Positions 39,631-53,000 of a stretch of 64,000 nucleotides of DNA are shown piece by piece (positions within the stretch are counted from its first letter, which is position 1; each line of letters opens with the position of its first letter). The notes under the pieces were generated by a model. The model was not told the origin of the DNA, ran no database searches, and saw only the letters and a list, made by a program, of their open reading frames with translations. The stretch comes from Azolla caroliniana (lineage: Eukaryota > Plantae > Polypodiophyta). The stretch spans positions 1 through 64,000 of the forward strand of contig JBHGNT010000022.1 of NCBI GenBank assembly GCA_043228905.1, given 5' to 3'. The position numbers were made by a program, and so were the translations under genes.

Positions 39631-39888
39631 TGTCAAGTATGAAACGAACCAAAGGGAGCCGAGCATTAACAACCGAATAAGGAAGCTGAATGTCAAGGAA
39701 GGGGTGGGAGGAAAGCACCAAATAGAAGGGAAGTTATATAGATCTAGGAGCAACGAACATAGAAAAAGAGAGAGGATCTCAGAAGACTAAACCTAGGAGT
39801 AGACTAATAGAGAGGGTGTGAGTGTCTTACCGATTATACTCGGTACTTGTATCTGTACTTGTATGCTATGTTACCAGTTAAGGTGACA
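39631..39888 (+). mobile_element. Probable solo LTR (258 bp)
   Basis: TGTCA...TGACA termini, flanks AAGTG/CAGTG (4/5 TSD), internal TTATATA. Confidence 0.55.
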
Positions 39889-40236
39889 CAGTGCTGAATC
39901 CTCAGTCCTTCGGGGTTCAGCTCAAAGGAATTGTGGTTAGGGAATGACTGTTTCTGTCATGCCAGTAACTCAGGTGAAGTGCATTGGAATCGTATTGGTT
40001 ATCTCGATTGTGGAGACTATGGAGGTTACGATGACGACTACAACCAACTCGTACGTACTTAGCCTAAACAGAGTACACGGCTCAACACAGATACACTCGA
40101 CACAGATGAAAGAGACACAGAGAGCCAGACAAACAAAAACTATATTGCAGAAACTATATACAAGATTATGATTAGTTTTTACAATTTTTCGATGCCCTTT
40201 ATGTAGGGTCATGGGCAGTTACACTCGGCGCTATCA

Positions 40237-40281
<45 letters not shown>

Positions 40282-40314
40282 ATTGTAAAGATAATGTATT
40301 GCACTAGAAGATAC

Positions 40315-43300
40315 TGTCAAGACTGAGAGAGAATTAGAATTAGAATTAGAATTTTTATTGTCCATAAAGAGGCCAAATTTGACCTATGGGACTAGAGTAT
40401 ACATGTGTTCTTGATATATGTCTCCTTCCTAAAAAGGGGTATTCATATGTAGAAGCACAAAGTCTCTATGTGTTAATAAAGCATACAAATAGGAGCTCAA
40501 CCTTCTAGGTGGTGTCTTAAGTATGGATCTTAAGTTATCACTCCCTCTTAGTATGTCAACATATCTTGAACAAATTGTTGTATATGTCGAGCATGTGAAG
40601 AGCAAGTGACATTCATCCTCTATCACGCCTTCATTGCATACTTTACATGTCTTCAAATTCGTTACATTTTGATACCATGATGCAACTTCAATACCTAACT
40701 TGTGAGATCGAGTGCGAAGTAGTGTAAGGGCTCTACGAACATTGCTACTCATATTGGTAATGAGATAAGGTTGGATACGATCAATAGACATTCTTGCTTC
40801 ATATTGGGACCGACATTCTGGGTTGACATTTGCAATGTAGTATTCTAGCTTTGTCCTCTTAGCATCCTCCCACTTCATCCTTAATGATTCCACCAACATT
40901 TCCTCAATCATTACATATTGCATAACATTGCCTGAAAGCTCTAAAAGATCATCCACACCCCATCTTCTAAACCATTTCTTTATGTCAACAATCCAACCAG
41001 ATGAGAGAATCTTACTTTTATGATTCTTTTGTAGCTTACATCGAACATTCCAAGAAAGAGGTGGTAATCGATGATTCGGCATATTCTTGACTTTTGTAAT
41101 GTATTTATATACTCTTTGGAGGGCCAATAGTTCTATGGGTCGAACATCCGTTTCCAAGAGCATAACCTGGTAAGAGGTAGTGCATTTAACTCCTAATTGC
41201 CTCCTTAAAAACATCTTTTGAATTTTCTCAATCTCGTTCCATGCATTAAGAGAGATGGTGCCACCCCATACTTCTACTCCATAAAGCAACACTTGAGTTA
41301 CCATGGCATTGAACAACATTAATTTTACTTCCCATCCACAAGTATCACTTTGGTTGCATTGGTTCTCCAAAAGGTAATATGATTTCCAACTGGATTGGAG
41401 TCTAGAATCAAAGCATGCACTCCATTTATTTGTGGCGGGTACATCAATACCAAGATATTTAAAGCTTTTAACAAATTGTATATGTTCACCTTTATATGTG
41501 AGCATAGGGTAATGATGAGGTTGGATGGTTTCCACTACCATCATTTTTGTTTTCTCCACATTCACTGCTAGTCCACTACTATGGCAAAATTCTTCTAATA
41601 CCCCAAGTAAATGTTGCATACTATCAACATCATATGAGAAGAGTACCACATCATCTGCAAATAGAAGCAACAAGATAACATGTTGCATCAAATTGGGGTC
41701 ATTCAATTCTTCTTCTCTTGCAATACATAAGCCAAAGAGTGTGGGTGATAGTGGACATCCTTGCTTGACCCCCATGTTACTTAAAAAGCTCTTTGAGAAT
41801 CCACTATCCATTTTTAGTTGGCATTTAACTTGTTCATATAGACGTGCAACCGCAACTCGGTACTCTAATGGCATGTCAATGTCTACCATTCTATTCCAAA
41901 GCTCACTTCGTGGTACGATATCAAAAGCTTTCTTGAAATCAACAAAACAACAATAAAGTGTTTTTCCTTGTAGTCAAGTCTCTTCCATGATTACTCTTAA
42001 TCTGACCAAATGATCTACGGTGAAATGTTTTGGTCTAAATCCGGCTTGCCCAAGTGCTCTTTTGCTTGTACTCTCAGCCCATGTGCTTATCTTTTGCTCC
42101 ATAATAGTACTATATAATTTAGCAATAGTTGAGCTCACCATTATTATACGATAATTTGCTACTTGATTCTTATCTCTGCCTTTCAATATTGGTTTAATCC
42201 AATTCATAAGCCAATCACTTGGAAATCCTTGTTTTATAGCTTGCTCTAAAATTGACATTATCCAATGATGAGTGTGTGGCATTGTCCATTTTAAAAGCTC
42301 ACTTGAGACGTAGGTTGAATCTGCTGCTTTCCCACTTGCCATCTTCTTTATTCCCTTATTGACATCATCAATATCGATACATGTAGCGCATGGAGTTTCA
42401 ATTTTCTCAACCATAGAGAGAGAGAGAGAGTATATTGTAAAGATAATGTATTGCACTAGAAGATGGAATACAATAAACAACAAGGGAGCTCTAGAATGAC
42501 GTTGAACCAAATTGGTTTATCCCTTATTATTAGATGCATATTTATAAGTCTTAATAGGGTATTCTAGAAAATCTTAGAATAAAGATTATGCTAGAATATT
42601 CTAGAACGTTCGAGACAATAGAGCACTCTTGAATATTCTAGAACATTCTAGAAGATAAAGTACTCTAGAATACTTTATGATATTCTATATAGTTTATAAA
42701 TTCTTCACGCATAAATATATCATTACAATGGTTAAGAACTCGACACGTATGTAACAAGGTTGTGGGTTCGATTCCTTGTAAAACCAAATCATATGTAAGT
42801 GTCATCATGACACTACCCCCCCTTGTCCATTTAACAAGGTTGTGGGTTCGATTCCTTGTAAACCCAAATCATATGTAAGTGTCATCACGGGTCGTATGGG
42901 TTGAACTAGGACTTGGCTTATGAGGATATTGTCCATGAAATTCGGTGACCATGTCCGCAGCATTGACAAGATTTGTTGCAGGTTCCCAAGTTCGATCATT
43001 GGGTGTATAGCCTAACCAATCGACCAAGTAATACAACTTGTTCTGCACAATCTTGGAATCGTGAATGGTAGCAACCTCAAATTCCGGGTCTTCCAAAAAC
43101 TCTGCAGGTTGTGGGGGAGTTGTAAGACGGCCTGGAATTAAACTTGTGGTGTGAGGTTCGAGAAGGGAGACATGAAACACGGGGTGAAGATGCATGTGAG
43201 GAGGGAGGCCAAGACGAAATGCAACATCGCTTATCTTACCAGTGATCTCGTACGGGCCAGTTGGTAATCTAATTTACCAAAGGCCTAGTGGTCTTGTTGT

Positions 43301-46045
43301 TGTGTTGTAGAAGCCATACACGATCCCTGACCTGAACTGTTTTCTGAGGAGTCTAGGCGATGACGGTCCGAAATCCTCTTGTATGTACGTTTAGCATCAC
43401 GCAAATTGTGGAGAATGGTAGCGTGAATTTCTTGGAGACGACTGAGACGATCTGCAGCAGCAGGGTTGATAGGAACTTCGGGGTGTTCAGTCAGCGTCCA
43501 ACGAGGATGAGAACCCGTATTTGAGAAAAATGAGGAATATTCTGTAGACGAATGGACTGAGTTGTTATAAGCGAATTCCGCCAAGTGTAGAAAATCAACC
43601 CAATCATCCAGTTGATAGTTGATGAAACAACGAAGATATTGCTCCAAAGTCTAGTTGGTACGCTCGGTTTGGCCATTAGTCTCTGGATGGTAGCCCGAAG
43701 AAAGCTTAGCTGAAACTTGGAGAAGTTTTAACATGTGCTTCTAGAACTTTGAGATGAATTGTGAACCTCGATCACTAATAATATCGTCTAGGAGACCATG
43801 ATGCTTGAACACCTCCCGCATAACTAGATCCACTGTCTCTTGACTAGTAATAGACTTTGTACATGGAAAAAAATGTGCCATTTTGGTAAGTCGATCGACC
43901 ACGGTCAGAATGGTATCAAAACCCCTCGAAACTGGGAGATTGGTAATGAAATCCAAGGATATAGACTTCCAAGGATTTTTAGGAATTGGAAGTGGTTGTA
44001 GTAACCCATATGATCGGTGTTGAGGACTCTTTGATCGAAAACATGTATCACAACTTCGAACATACTCCACAAAATGACGAAGTCGAGGCCACCAATATTG
44101 CCGAGAAACAAATTCTAGAGTTTTGGCAACTCCAAAATGTCCAGTCATTGGTGTGTCATGCCAATAGAATTGCCTATAGTTAGTACGAGGGTTTTGCGAC
44201 ATCGAGCAATAAGCATGATCCGGGATGATATGATCCCAAACATCTTTTGTGAACACATCAGTAGCCATATGATCTCGAATGGAATCAAGAAGAGTGGAAT
44301 CCTTGGGTGTGGTTATGGAATTAACTGCCATTGATTGTAGGCGATTTGGACCCAAAAGGATTTGTTTTTTATGCTCAAAAGTTGGTTCTCCTAGAAGAAG
44401 TTCCATATAAGAGTGTCGAGAAAGAGCATCCGCTTTGGTTTGCTGCATCACTGGGTGATATATGATTACAAAGTCGAAGTGAGTCAAAAATTGCGCCCAA
44501 CAAGCTTTTCGCCGACTTCAGACTCGAGCATTTTGGAAATATGTTAGGTTCTTGTGATCATTGTAGACAATGATCTACTGAGAAGAACCTTCCAGAAAAT
44601 GTCGCCATTGTTGAAAAGAATCCACAAATGCCAGAAGCTCGTTGTCATGGATCTCATAGTTAATCTCTATAGCTTTGAATTTTCAGGAATGAAATGCAAT
44701 AGGATGTAGTTGCCCATCATCTCTAGTTTGCGATAGATAATGCTAAGTCGGACGCATTAGCTTCAAGGATGAAGCATTTCTTGGGATCAACATGAGCCAA
44801 AATAGGCGATGTTGTAAATGCTCGTTTTAAACTTTTGAATGCCTCGGGTGCCTCTGAATTTCATATGAATGGTTGATTTTTGTGTGTGAGTCGAGTGAGT
44901 GGAAGCATGACCTTGGAATAAATTTTAATGAATTTCTGATAAAAATTTGCAAACCCGAGAAAACATTGTACATCACACACTGAAAGGGGTGTTTGCCAAT
45001 CTAAAATTGTTTGAACCTTCATTGGGTCCATAGAGATACTAGTTGATGATACAACATACCCCAAAAACTCCACTTGATTCTGGCCAAAAGTACACTTTTC
45101 TAATTTTGCGTAGAGACCATATTCTCGTAGTCGATGTAATACCTGATGAACATGTTTATCGGGCTCCTCTTCAGTTTTCGAGTAGATCAAAATGTGGTCC
45201 AGGTAAACTATAGTGAAGATATCGAGAAAATCTCGAAAAATATCATTCGCCATATGCTGGAACACTGCAAGCACATTTGTGAGACCGAATGGCATCACGG
45301 TATACTTGAAATGTCCATAACGAGTGTGAAAAGAAGTTTTCCATTCATCCCCTGGACGAAATCGAAGTAGATTGTATGCATTGTGAAGATCCAATTTTGT
45401 GAAATATTTTGCTCCACTGAGACGTTCTAAAAGGTTCGAGATCAATGGTAGAGCATATCTATTCCGGATAGTCACTTTGTTCAGGCCTCGATAATCCACG
45501 ACCAACCGAAGAGACCCGTTTTTCTTCTTAACAAAGAAGATAGGTGCACCAGCAGGGGATCTAGAATGGCCGATGAATCCGTTTGCTAGATTCTCATCGA
45601 TATATTCCCGCAAAGTCTCTAGCTCTACAGGTGAGAGATTCTAAATTGGCCCCTATGGTAGTCCTTTCCCTAGTTGTAAGTCAATAGGGCAATTGTATGG
45701 CCTATATGCTTTGGCAGTGTATTTCCCTTCACCTTATCAAAGACGTCTGAAAACTCTTTATATTTTTTTAGTAATTGGACGTCCAGCTCCGGTAAGATCG
45801 GTGATGGGCTTGATGGAGTTGCTATGATTGCAAATACGAACATGTCCTCGTTCCCCCCTTCCTCACGTAACTGATGGAGAGAGATGGTTGATAACTTATG
45901 GGATCTCGTATCAAATATTGGAGTGTTGAGGGATGCAGGTGTAGTTCTTTTTTCTTGGGATTCCTCAATTGTTCTTTTCATCCAATCAATCTTCGGGTTA
46001 TGTAGTTCAAACCAAGGGAGACCTAGAACTAATAGGTGTTTTGAA

Positions 46046-46084
<39 letters not shown>

Positions 46085-46391
46085 CTTGATAGTTTGAACC
46101 AAATTGGTTCATCCCTTATTATTAGATGCATATATATAAGTCTTAATAGGGTATTCTAGAAAATCTTAAAGATTATGCTAGAATATTCTAGAACGTTCGA
46201 GACAATAGAGCACTGTCGAATATTCTAGAACATTCTAGAACATAGAGTACTCTAGAATACTTTAAGGTATTCTATATAGTTTATAAATTCTTTACACATA
46301 AATATATCATTACAATGGTTAAAAACTCGACACGTAATAACAAGGTTGTTTTCCTTATAAACCTAAATCATATGTAAGTGTCATTATGACA
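40315..46391 (-). mobile_element. Ty3/gypsy chromovirus (Tcn1-like), degenerate, gag deleted. 3' LTR 40315-42811 is split by a LINE; 5' LTR remnant 46094-46391.
   Basis: Protease tail LGLPWFELHNPKIDW, RT SPAGAPIFFVKKKNGSLRLVVDYRGLNK, RNase H, integrase (GHFG, CxxC, SDRGSQF), chromodomain YLVDWLGY..RTWEP. PPT AAGGGGGGGTAG at 42812-42823; TGTCA...TGACA LTR ends. Confidence 0.9.
40331..42413 (-). mobile_element. 5'-truncated LINE (RT plus C-terminal CCHC finger; RTE/L2-like group) inserted in the (AG)n of the gypsy LTR
   Basis: QAGFR, FVDFKKAFD, KQGCPLSPTLF, LLFADD, FKYLG and CKVC..EDECHLLFTC. One in-frame stop at about 41974, a (TTCTAA)n 3' tail and AG repeats on both sides. Confidence 0.92.
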
Positions 46392-48228
46392 GGTGCGTGA
46401 ACCGTTACCCTTCATAATTGTTTTCGGTTGTTACACCCTCTTAACTACGCTACGGCCCCACCCTACTTCTTCGTTTGTCGTAACCGTGTCCTTTGTCTTT
46501 GTCCTTTTCAATATTTCCCACTTGGCCGTACAAACCGGCCAACACATGGTACACCAGTGGGACAATGCCTGTATGATCGAACCCACAAAACTATCTCATG
46601 CGTCATGGAGGATGTCCAGGATGCTTGGCTTTGGATGGTCTGTCTCCATGGGAACTAATGGGGCTTCGATAGTTGTTTCTTTCGTCATGGCTTTGACGGG
46701 TTTCGGATGTGTGTCCGAGGGTAGGTTCGGTGTTATGGTGACCTCGAGGACTTTGTCTTCCGGGTGCTTGTGGTCTTCCGCTATGTGCTCGCCGCTATGT
46801 GCTCGCCGGAGTACGATGGTTGTTGACCCTTTCCTTTCAGCCCCCTGCTTTCATTCATTCTCGTATGCTTGGATTTTGAATGAGTTCTCGATTTGGCTGT
46901 TGCCGAACACCTCTAGGAGTTGCACAATCTCCTCAAAGTGGCGGTCGGTTAGGGTTTGATAATCTTGCATAAGGTCCTCGCAAACCATGGCAATGCTTTC
47001 TTCGTTAAGTTTGTAGAAACCCTTACTGTCTTTCTGCCGATTCTCTTGGTTGTCCCGGTAAGTGTGGAGCTCTATGGCCTGCTTCGCCCATGTGGCCCAT
47101 CCCCGATCGAGTGCTTCTTGGAGCTAGGGGGTGATTCGTCCTATTTGTCAATAGTAGGATTTTGATTCTCTCGGTTCATCTTGGTTTTTGTCTGCATTTC
47201 TTGGATGGCCGTCTTGAGATTTGTGAATTTGTTGGCATTGGAGGCGCCCTATGTGTCATACCATGATTTTACCTCCTCCTAGAGCTTAGATTCTTTGTCG
47301 TGCAACTCCTCTAGTCGACCCCTTTCGTTATTTAATCGCACTTCTACTTCTCTCGTCATCTATCGCTCGATCTCGATTTGCTCATCGTAGCATTGGCGCT
47401 TTTTCTACGCAGTCTCGCAAAGTGCCACAATGATCCCTTCCGATTGACTTACTTCTTCTGTTTCCTTGTTTAGTGCTTCAATTGTTGTTTGTGAGCCTTC
47501 ATTTCGGCGTCCAACTTGTCTTGGATCACCTTCATGCCCTTCCTTGCCTTGGCCCAGACCTCTATCTTCCAATTCGAAGATTGTCGGAGTTCGGAGCGGA
47601 GTCTCTCGATTTCCTTAATCAAGATTCTTCGAGCCATTGCCACGTGTGGGAACTAGAGGGTAGTTGCTTTTCTTGGATTGTGTGTCGCCATGTACAAGGC
47701 TTTAAATAGTCTTGAATGTCCCCCTTCTTCTTCTCCTTTCTTCTTTTTTTAAAGTAAAACGGTAATTTACAATCATGGTACAATAATAGTACAATAAATG
47801 CCCCTTAATTTAGAGAGTGTGGGGTCCATCCCACGAGGTTGCGTTGGGGGGGAGTGAGTCGGTGGTTCTTGCAATCAATTTTTTTGAAAATGGGTTCGGT
47901 GGCATGGGCCCCAATACGGTTTCAGCCGGAACCCATTGACTTTGCTTGGTATGATTTGTCTCGCTAGTGTTCCCAATTCGAAAGTACCATTTTTGACATC
48001 TGTGATCCAGTACATCCCTGTCCATGGGAACCGTACTTTTTCGAGCATCTATCCCATACATGCCTGGAATACCAATACGGGTTTGCTGATCTCGAAGGAC
48101 TTTTTGTTCCCTTTTCAATGCTGATCGACAAAGGCCTTGCGTTGTCTTTGCTCTTGCTCCATATTTGCCATACTGATGATGTGAGCCTCGCCCAATGTTA
48201 AGAGCTGCTCGAGTTGGACCTACTACGT

Positions 48229-48596
48229 TGCTTTTGAGAATCTATGATTACTCAAAGGTCAAGAGTCACACCACTACTCTCTACACATTAACTATGTGTC
48301 ATAGAATCATATTCTATGACACATAACTAATGAGTTACATATTCCCCATGACTATGAGTATTGACATTCCCCAAGAGAGAGTGGTTGTTGTAGTTAGTTA
48401 ATGAAGAGAGAGGGTGACTATATATAAAGCACCCTCCTCATACTTCATACTAAGTCGGTTGTGACTCGTTGTAATGCTACATTTTGTATTTGCTATTCTA
48501 CTTGTGAATATACACCTTCTTCTTGAGTATTCATTTTCCTATCTATCTTGTGTTCTCTCTTTTCTCCTCTAATTCCTCTCACACATACTCATAACA
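48229..48596 (+). mobile_element. Probable solo LTR inside gypsy pol, associated with loss of RNase H and integrase core
   Basis: AT-rich non-coding block with CTATATATAAAGC and a CT-rich tract ending ATAACA, lying between RT and the integrase C-terminus. Left end approximate. Confidence 0.5.
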
Positions 48597-50012
48597 CACA
48601 TCTCGTCCGCTACACAAGAATCATACCCAATTCTTTACAAGCACCTTAGATCCTTGGCGTTCTTCGGGGCCGGTGCTTTGAAAATGGCCTTGATCTTTCC
48701 CAGGTGGACTGCAATGCCTTCGCGACTTAGTATGCGTCCGAGGAGTGCGCCACTTGCTACACCAAACACGCATTTTGCTGGGTTGAGGCTAAACCTTGCC
48801 GACCGACACCATTCTAAACACAACCATAAATTTCATAGATGTTCGTTGCGTGTGCCATAAACAGTGAAATCGTCAAGGAAAACTTGTATAAAGGCAGGTA
48901 TGTATTTGCTGAAAATTTTCGTGATGATCCGCTGGAATGTCGCCGACACTGTTTTGAGTCTGAAGATTATCACTACGGCTATGAATACTCCCGAGTCTGT
49001 TAGGAACATCGTCTTCTCGTTGCATTCGAATCCGGTTATAGCCACTAAAGTTGTCTAAAAGCTATATATTTCGCGTCCGGCTACTACGTCGAGTACTCCA
49101 TCTGTGAAGGGTAATGGAAATGCATTAGTTATCGTAACAACATTTAGTTTCCTATAGTTGATGCAGATTCAGATTTTTCCATCTTTCTTCAGTACCATGA
49201 CGATTAGACTTAGCCAGATGTCGCTCTTTATAGGTCGAATGAATCCGATTTTCAAAAGTTTATCTATTCCTTCTTTTACGCAAATCGCATAATTCAGATT
49301 CATGCAATAATGCCGTTGTTAGATGGGCTTCGCGTCAGTCACAAGGTTGATTTAGTGTTGGTAGAATTTTGGATCCAACCCTTTCATATCTTCGTGGGAC
49401 CATGCGAACACATCCTTGTATTCACATAGTAGATCAATCATGGCTACCTTTTCAGAAAGTGGTAAATCCTTCGCAATCGAGATTGGTCGTAGAGCATTGG
49501 AAGTTCTAACATTGATTTCTTCTAGTGTTGACGTTGTGACACATTAGGAAATCTCCATCTCTCATTCAAATGTTTCCTGTGCTCTACGGAGTTCCATGAG
49601 TGCTTTCGTGTGAGGTTTCACATTCTTCGTCTCCGGCTATTGTAGGAGTGGTGTATGCCCCCGCAGTTTCGATCACGTCGATGTCGAACAAAGGGAGGAT
49701 TTGAGGGTTTTCTTCCAAATAATTCTCCAACTCATCATCTAGTCCCTCTAGCATGTTGATTTACTCCTCATAAATGAGAGTCATGGCCTTTGTTGGCGGT
49801 GCACTTTGCTGCGTCGGCACCCAAAATTTCGCTCTGCCTTGGCGAAAGCTGATGTTATTGTAAATTGCCAATTTTGCTTGATGTTCGCTGAGCACAACCA
49901 TGGTCGTCTAAGCAGTACGGGATATGCTCCTAGAGCGTCAAGAGACAAGACTACTGCCGATATTTCGAACCTATGTCCGCTACTTATGATTGCCAAATTG
50001 CGCAACAGTCCT

Positions 50013-53000
50013 TATTAGAATATAAGTTAAATAATATTATTAATAATAAATATAATATAACTGCCCTCCCGGTGATAACACCAAGAAAGGTTTCTAACTG
50101 CCTTATATGGCTATAAATAGGTCTCTAAGACCTATAGTTGTAATAGGACGATTTCAATACAGATTTACATTACTTTACTTTCTCCCTCTGTCTCTCTCTC
50201 TCTGTCTCTCTCTCTCTTGCCTCTTCTCTTTTCATCTCTTCTCAACATGGTATCAGAGCGTTAGGCTCTCTCCAACCACCGTCCTCTTTCCTTTCTTTCT
50301 TCACAGCCAGTGCCCTTGCCACCACCGTCCTCTTCCCTTTCTTCCTTCACAGCCAGTGCTCTTACCATTAGTTGATCGGGACAACTATGGCACAACATGC
50401 ACATGGCACACCTAATTCGTCCATATCGACACCCAGCCCATCAACCCCAATACCGGGCTTTTCAACAACGCAAGGCACTACTCCGCTCGTCCCAACCACT
50501 ACGAGAAGTTACAACCTCGACAAACTCACGGGCCCCAACTACCTTACATGGGCCACACGGATGACATTGATGCTCAAACGAGCGGACCTGTGGAACGTGG
50601 TAAGTGGCACAACCCAACCCACCGAAACCAATAACACCGAGTGGATGGCAAAAGATCTCCAAGCCCAAACCGAACTCATGTTCCATCTTGGAGACCCGCA
50701 AGTGCAAATGGTCCGACGTTGCGACACCTCAGCGGAAATTTGGAAAGTACTCCGAAGCACTTATCATCATGAAGATTTGATCACCCAAGTCGCATCACTC
50801 AAAAAGCTCCTAATTTCCTCCGTCACAGAAAACCAAGAAATCACCAAATTTATTGATGAATGGCGCATCTTACTCGACAATGCCCTCCTCTCGGGACTAC
50901 AATTAGATTCAAATCTACAAGCAATGTTACTCCTAGCAGCATTGCCCTCCTCTTGGCGACCATTTATAACCACTCAAGCATCAATGACGGGCCTCACCGT
51001 CGAATCTCTTATGGCACGCATCCGCCAAGAAGAGATCATGCGAAATGGCGCTCATCACTCAAATGCAACATTTTCAACACCGTCGATGCAATATGTGCAA
51101 AGACAACCTAACTTCAAAAGGGGACCTCCCTTTCGAAGGAACAACAACAACATGCGACCCGCCACCGCTTCAACAAAAGTTTGCACATATTGTGGACGCC
51201 ATGGACATCTTGAACGTGAGTGCCGCACCAAGCGTCATGAACAACTGAACCAATCACAACAACAACGTCAACAGCCACATGGACGACATCCTAGAGCACA
51301 CCTCCAACAACTAGATGTGCCCGAAGTTGGCCAATATGGTATGGAATCATTACAACTATTTACATCATTACTAAATAGTTCCAATTGTCTTTCCCACACC
51401 ACAGATATATCCGAATGGCTACTCGACACTGGTGCAACTCACCACATGACGCCACAAAAGCATTGGCTCCGCGACTACAAACACCTCTCAAGTACCATGC
51501 GAGTTTACCTCGGGAACAACCAATTCCTCACTGCCATCGGAGTCGGGAACCTTCACATCACCCTACCAAGTGGAGTAAACGTCAACATCTACAATGTATA
51601 TCACATTCCGGGTCTTAGCCGAAATATACTTTCGGTTACAACGGCTACCTCAACTGGATCTTCCATTGAGTTCTTCCATGACTCATGTATTATTCACTTC
51701 AAGCTCCCTAATGGACAATTTGAAATTATAAAAATACCTCAGAAGGACCGTTTGTATCCATTAGCTATATCTATGTCTAATCCTCACTCTGTAATTGGTC
51801 ACACCTCTATCCATTCTCTTCACATGGCTAAAGCCGTGTCCACCCTTATGTGGCATTATAGGTTTGGTCACATAAATAGTGTCACACTACATCGCATGGT
51901 GAAAGATAAGCTTTGTGTTGGCTTACCACTCTATCTAAACCCAATAGAATTGTGTGAAGGTTGCATCTTAGGAAAATCTAGCCACAAAAGTCACCAAACA
52001 TCACTCAACAAATCCACACAATTGAATCAACTAGTACATAGTGACCTTTGTGGACCCATGGAATCAAGCTCACTCACGGGCTCCCATTATTTTCTCACTT
52101 TCATTGATGATTTTAGCAGGTATACAACCATATACTTCCTCAAGAAAAAGTCTGAAGTGCTCACACACTTCAAAGAGCATTGCAACCTCGTAGTCCGTCA
52201 ACATGATCTTCCAATCCAAGCACTTCGCTCCGACAATGGTGGAGAATATGGCTCAAATGCATTCGAGGCATTTTGTAAAGACGAGGGCATCCAACAACAA
52301 TTTACCGTTCCATACACGCCACAACAAAATGGTGTGTCCGAACGGAAGAATCGAACCCTTGTTGGCGCTGCTAGAGCCATGCTCCTTACGACGGGACTAT
52401 CAAAAACCTATTGGGAAGAGGCGGTCGCGACAGCATGCTATGTCCAAAATCGGGTTCCGCATGCAAACGACCCCAAAACTACACCATATTTTCATTGGTT
52501 TGGCAAGCCACCCAATGTTCAACATCTTCGAATCTTTGGATGTGTAGCATACCCGGTGAAAGCTTTGGACTTGAGAAAGAAGTTGGATCCAACAAGCACG
52601 CGAATGATCTTCGTGGGCTATGGTGACCGATTTGGCGTCAAAGCATACAGATTGTATGATCCGGAGCAACGAAAATTTCACCTCGCACACTCAGTATACT
52701 TCAATGAAACCTCTCTCCTTAGCCCCCAACAAGAAATCCACAACCCCATAACACCATTAACCCTACCATCCACCACACCAACCATTCCAATCTCTACCCC
52801 AAAAAGACACACTCAAGTTGAATGGGAAGAAGTCTCACAACTCGCCCCACTCCCACCACAAACTCTCACTCCAATTGTCCCAACAACCACAACACAACCA
52901 ACGTTACATGCCCCCCCCACACCTACAACACCAAAAACCCCTCCTTGGTCCCTCGGACAGAAAACCAAATCCCTCCTATTCCCTATGCCTACAAATTCAT

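Noticed and set aside
42721-42780. Genuine tRNA gene
   Set aside because: A/B-box-like motifs only, no convincing acceptor or anticodon stems, and it lies within an LTR.
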